From Phaeosaccion multiseriatum (taxonomy: Eukaryota; Protista; Ochrophyta, other classes), in assembly GCA_965112735.1 (NCBI GenBank), contig OZ218957.1, positions 3,038,001 to 3,102,000 of the forward strand: 64,000 bases of DNA, written 5' to 3'. The position numbers and the translations under genes were made by a program. Shown in pieces: positions 58,801 through 64,000 of the stretch (position 1 is the stretch's first letter; every line of letters begins with the position of its first letter). Under the pieces are notes generated by a model that was given only the letters and a program-made list of their open reading frames with translations, did not search any database and had not been told where the DNA came from.

Positions 58801-61800
58801 GTAAGGGATTGAATGAGTGAGTGAGTGAGTGAGTGACTGACTGACTGAGTGAGTGAAAGGGTGAGTGAATGGGTGAGCGAGTGAGTGAGTGAAGCAGTGA
58901 ATGGGTGAGTGCGTGAGTGAGTGAGTGAGTGAGTGAATGGATAAGTGAGTGAGTGAGTGAGTGAGTGAGTGAGTGAGTGAGTGGGTGAGTGAGTGAGTGA
59001 GTGAGTGAGTGAGTGAGTGAGTGAGTGAGTGAGTGAGTGAGTGAGTGAGTGAGTGAGTGAGTGAGTGAGAGAGTAAGTGAGTGAGGGAGTGAGTGAGTGA
59101 GTGAGTGAGTGAGTGAGTGAGTGAGTGAGTGAGTGAGTGAGCGAGTGAGGGAGTGATTAAGGGATTGAGTGTGTGAGTGAGTGCGTGAGTGACTGACGGA
59201 CTGACTGACTGAGTGAGTGAAAGGGTGAGTGAATGGGGGAGCGAGTGAGTGAGTGAGTCCGGAATGAGTGAGTGAGTGAGTGAGTGGGTGAGTGAGTGGG
59301 GGAGTGAGTGAGTGAGTGAGTGAGTGAGTGAGTGAGTGAGTGAGTGAAGGAGTGAGTGAGTGAAGCAGGGAATGGGTGAGTGAGTGAGTGAGTGAGTGAG
59401 TGAGTGAGTGAGTGAGTGAGTGAGTGAGTGAGTGAGTGAGTGAGTGAGTGAGTGAGTGAGTGAGTGAGTGAGTGAGTGAGTGAGTGAGTGGGTGAGTGAG
59501 TGAGTGAGTGAGTGAGTGAGTGAGTGAGTGAGTGAGTGAGTGAGTGAGTGAGTGAGTGAGTGAGTGACTGAGTGAGTGAGTGAGTGAGTGAGTGAGTGGG
59601 TGAGTCAGTGAGCGAGTGAGTGAGTGAGTGGGTGAGTGAGTGAGTGAGTGAGTGAGTGAGTGAGTGAGTGAGTGAATGGATGTGTGAGTGAGTGAGTGAG
59701 TGAGTGAGTGAGTGAGTGAGTGAGTGAGTGAGTGAGGGAGTGAGTGGGTGAGTGAGTGAGTGAGGGAGTGAGTGAGTGAGTGAGTGAGTGAGTGAGTGAG
59801 TGAGTGAGTGAGTGAGTGAGTGAGTGAGTGAGTGAGTGAGTGAGTGAGTGAGGGAGTGAGTGAGTGAGTGAGTGAGTGAGTGGGTGAGTGAGTGAGTGAG
59901 TGAGTGAGTGAGTGAGTGAGTGAGTGAGTGAGTGAATGGATGAGTGAGTGAGTGAGTGAGTGAGTGGGTGAGGGAGTGAGTGAGTGAGTGAGTGAGTGAG
60001 TGAGTGAGTGAGTGAGTGAGTGAGTGAGTGAGTGAGTGAGTGAGTGAGTGAATGAGCGAGTGAGGGAGTGATTAAGGGATTGAGTGTGTGAGTGAGTGAG
60101 TGAGTGAGTGAGTGAGTGAGTGAGTGAGTGAGTGAATGGGTGAGTGAATGGGGGAGCGAGTGAGTGAGTGAAGCCGCCGTGAATGGGTGAGTGAGAGAGT
60201 GAGTGGGTGAGTGAATGGGGGAGCGAGAGAGTGAGTGAGTGAGTGAGTGAGTGAGTGAGTGAAGGAGTGAGTGAGTGAGTGAGTGAGGGAGTGAGTGAAT
60301 GAGTGAGTGAGTGAGTGAGTGAGTGAGTGAGTGAGTGAGTGAGTGAGTGAGTGAGTGAGTGAGTGAGTGAGTGAGTGAGTGAGTGAGTGAGTGAGTGAGT
60401 GAGTGAGTGAGTGAGTGAGGGAGTGAGTGAGTGAGTGAGTGAGTGAGTGAGTGAGTGAGTGAGTGAGTGAGTGAGTGAGTGAGTGAGTGAGTGAGTGAGT
60501 GAGTGAGTGAGTGAGTGAGTGAGTGAGTGAGTGAGTGAGTGAGTGAGTGAGTGAGTGAGTGAGTGAGTGAGTGAGTGAGTGAGAGTGAGTGAGTGAGGGA
60601 GTGAGTGAGTGAGTGAGTGAGTGAGTGAGTGAGTGAGTGAGTGAGTGAGTGAGTGAGTGAGTGAGTGAGTGAGTGAGTGAGTGAGTGAGTGAGTGAGTGA
60701 GTGAGTGAGTGAGGGAGTGAGTGAGTGAGTGAGTGAGTGAGTGAGTTAGTGAGTGAGTGAGTGAGGGAGTGAGTGAGTGAGTGAGTGAGTGAGTGAGTGA
60801 GGGAGTGAGTGAGTGAGTGAGTGAGTGAAGGGGTAAGTGAATGGGTGAGCGAGTGAGTGAGTGAAGCAGTGAATGGGTGAGTGCGTGAGTGAGTGAGTGA
60901 GTGAGTGAATGGATAAGTGAGTGAGTGAGTGAGTGAGTGAGTGAGTGAGTGAGTGAGTGAGTGAGTGAGTGAGTGAGTGAGTGAGTGAGTGAGTGAGTGA
61001 GTGAGTGAGTGAGTGAGTGAGTGAGTGAGTGAGTGAGTGAGTGAGTGAGTGAGTGAGTGAGTGAGTGAGTGAGTGAGTGAGTGAGTGAGTGAGTGAGTGA
61101 GTGAGTGAGTGAGTGAGTGAGTGAGTGAGTGAGTGAGTGAGTGAGTGAGTGAGTGAGTGAGTGAGTGAGTGAGTGAGTGAGTGAGTGAGTGAGTGAGTGA
61201 GTGAGGGAGTCAAGTGAGTGAGTGAGTGAGTGAGTGAGTGAGTGAGTGAGTGAGTGAGTGAGTGAGTGAGTGAGTGAGTGAGTGAGTGAGTGAGTGAGTG
61301 AGTGAGTCAGTGAGTGAGTGAGTGAGTGAGTGGGTGAGTGAGTGAGTGAGTGAGTGAGTGAGTGAGTGAGTGAGGGAGTGATTAAGGGATTGAGTGTGTG
61401 AGTGAGTGAGTGAGTGAGTGAGTGAGTGAGTGAGTGAGTAAGTGAGTGAAAGGGTGAGTGAATGGGTGAGCGAGTGAGTGAGTGAAGCACCCGTGAGTGA
61501 GTGAGTGAGTGAGTGAGTGGGTGAGTGAGTGAGTGAGTGAGTGAGTGAGTGAGTGAGTGAGTGAGTGAGTGAGTGAGTGAGGGATTGAGTGAGTGAGTGA
61601 GTATGGGATTGAGTGAGTGAGTGAGTGAGTGAGTGACTGACTGACTGAGTGACTGAAAGGGTGAGTGAATGGGTGAGCGAGCGAGTGAGTGAAGCAGTGA
61701 ATGGGTGAGTCAAGGAGTGAGTCAATGAGTGAGTGAGTGAGAGAGTGAGTGAGTGAGTGAGTGAGTCCATGAGTGAGTGAGTGAGTGAGTAAGTGAGTGA

Positions 61801-64000
61801 GTGAGTCAGTGAGTGAGTGAGTGAGTGAGTGAGTGAGTGAGTGAGTGAGGGAGTGAGTGAGTGAGTGAGAGAGTGAGTGAGTGAGTGAGCGAGTCCATAG
61901 GTGAGTGAGTGAGTGAGTGAGTGAGTGAGTGAGTGAGTGAGTGAGTGAGTGAGTGAGTGAGTGAGTGAGTGAGTGAGTGAGTGAGTGAGTGAGTGAGTGA
62001 TTAAGGGATTGAGTGTGTGAGTGAGTGAGTGAGTGACTGACTGACTGACTGAGTGAGTAAAAGGAGTGAGTGAATGGGTGAGCGAGTGAGTGAGTGAAGC
62101 CACCGTGAATGCGTAAGTGAGTGAGTGAGTGGGTGAGTGAGAGCGTGAGTGAGTGAATTAATGAGTGAGTGAGTGAGTGAGTGAGTGAGTGAGTGAAAGG
62201 CTGAGTGAGTGAGTGAGTGAGTGAGTGAGTGAGTGAGTGAGTGAGTGAGTGAGTGAGTGAGTGAGTGAGTGATTGATTGATTGAGTGAGTGAGTGAGTGA
62301 GTGAGTGAGTGAGTGAGTGAGTGAGTGAGTGAGTGAGTGAGTGAGTGAGAGAGAGTTAGTGAGTGAGTGAGTGAGTGAGTGAGTGAGTGAGTGAGTGAGT
62401 GAGTCAGTGAGTGAGTGAGTGAGTGAGTGAGTGAGTGAAGGGGTAAGTGAATGGGTGAGCGAGTGAGTGAGTGAAGCAGTGAATGGGTGAGTGAGTGAGT
62501 GAGTGAGTGAGTGAGTGAGTGAGTGAGTGAGTGAGTGAGTGAGTGAGTGAGTGAGTGAGTGAGTGAGTGAGTGAGTGAAAGAGTGAGTGAGTGAGTGAGT
62601 GAGTGAGTGAGTGAGTGAGTGAGTGAGTGAGTGAGTGAGTGAGTGAGTGAGTGAGTGAGTGAGTGAGTGAGTGAGTGAGTGAGTGAGTGAGTGAGTGAGT
62701 GAGTGAGTGAGTGAGTGAGTGAGTGAGTGAGTGAGTGAGTGAGTGAGTGAGTGAGTGAGTGAGTGAGTGAGTGAGTGAGTGAGTGAGTGGGTGAGTGAGT
62801 GAGTGAGTGAGTGAGTGAGTGAGTGAGTGAGTGAGTGAGTGAGTGAGTGAGTGAGTGAGTGAGTGAGTGAGTGAGTGAGTGAGTGAGTGAGTGAGTGAGT
62901 GAGGGATTGAGTGAGTGAGTGAGTATGGGATTGAGTGAGTGAGTGAGTGAGTGAGTGACTGACTGACTGACTGAGTGACTGAAAGGGTGAGTGAATGGGT
63001 GAGCGAGCGAGTGAGTGAAGCAGTGAATGGGTGAGTCAAGGAGTGAGTCAATGAGTGAGTGAGTGAGAGAGTGAGTGAGTGAGTGAGTGAGTCAGTGAGT
63101 GAGTGAGTGAGTGAGTGAGTGAGTGAGTGAGTGAGTGAGTGAGTGAGTGAGTGAGTGAGTGAGTGAGTGAGTGAGTGAGTGAGTGAGTGAGTGAGTGAGT
63201 GAGTGAGTGAGTGAGTGAGTGAGTGAGTGAGTGAGTGAGTGAGTGAGTGAGTGAGTGAGTGAGTGAGTGAGTGAGTGAGTGAGTGAGTGAGTGAGTGAGT
63301 GAGTGAGTGAGTGAGTGAGTGAGTGAGTGAGTGAGTGAGTGAGTGAGTGAGTGAGTGAGTGAGTGAGTGAGTGAGTGGGTGAGTCAGTGAGTGAGTGAGT
63401 GAGTGAGTGAGTGAGTGAGTGAGTGAGTGAGTGAGTGAGTGAGTGAGTGAGTGAGTGAGTGAGTGAGTGAGTGAGTGAGTGAGTGAGTGAGTGAGTGAGT
63501 GAGGGATTGAGTGAGTGAGTGAGTATGGGATTGAGTGAGTGAGTGAGTGAGTGAGTGACTGACTGACTGACTGAGTGACTGAAAGGGTGAGTGAATGGGT
63601 GAGCGAGCGAGTGAGTGAAGCAGTGAATGGGTGAGTCAAGGAGTGAGTCAATGAGTGAGTGAGTGAGAGAGTGAGTGAGTGAGTGAGTGAGTCCATGAGT
63701 GAGTGAGTGAGTGAGTGAGTGAGTGAGTGAGTGAGTGAGTGAGTGAGTGAGTGAGTGAGTGAGTGAGTGAGTGAGTGAGTGAGGGAGTGAGTGAGTGAGT
63801 GAGTGAATTAGTGAGTGAGTGAGTGAGTGAGTGAGTGAGGGATTGAGTGAGTGAGTGAGTATGGGATTGAGTGAGTGAGTGAGTGAGTGAGTGACTGACT
63901 GACTGACTGAGTGACTGAAAGGGTGAGTGAATGGGTGAGCGAGCGAGTGAGTGAAGCAGTGAATGGGTGAGTCAAGGAGTGAGTCAATGAGTGAGTGAGT
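49870..64000 (+). repeat. (GAGT)n satellite, right arm (reverse complement of the left arm), running off the window
   Basis: More than 14 kb of GAGT with recurrent variant cassettes such as TAAGGGATTGAGTGTGTGAG...GACTGACGGACTGAC...GAAGCCGCCGTGAATGGG. Confidence 0.97.

Noticed and set aside
43740-63696. Long ORFs encoding (THSL)n, also at 10644-12139
   Set aside because: They are translations of the stop-free strand of the CACT tetramer and carry no coding signal.
43800-64000. Satellite as telomere or as a CRISPR-like array
   Set aside because: The unit is not TTAGGG/TTTAGGG-like, it also occurs inside introns, and there are no unique spacers or cas genes.

Overview
Eukaryotic, GC-rich, microsatellite-laden genomic DNA, most likely from a flagellated, plastid-bearing stramenopile (ochrophyte alga). 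This is an inference from a signal peptide ending ALA|F, an outer-dynein-arm docking gene and the LRR architecture. Positions 1-43.5 kb hold 13 protein-coding loci, most with GT-AG introns that I resolved by hand: an uncharacterised protein, a giant C1/C2/TM/PH (MCTP-like) protein, an LRR protein with one repeat per exon, a 3R-MYB, TAF10, an intronless YghU-type GST, NAC-beta/BTF3, a putative plastid protein with a homopolymer frameshift, a PH-like protein, an ODAD1/CCDC114-like protein, PYM1, a disrupted mitoribosomal uL24 and a Cys-rich secreted protein. Positions 43.8-64 kb are a (CACT)n/(GAGT)n satellite that flips strand around a (GAG)n core at about 49.3-49.7 kb, with mirrored variant blocks and higher-order structure. 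The most striking unexplained signal is a dispersed motif, (CTG)n-TATCACCAA-(CTG)n. I found at least 11 exact 9-bp cores on both strands, in exons (three different reading frames), introns and intergenic DNA. Other highlights are a 29-bp near-perfect intronic hairpin and a satellite unit identical to the 5' splice-site consensus. No rRNA, tRNA, CRISPR array or transposase was recognised.
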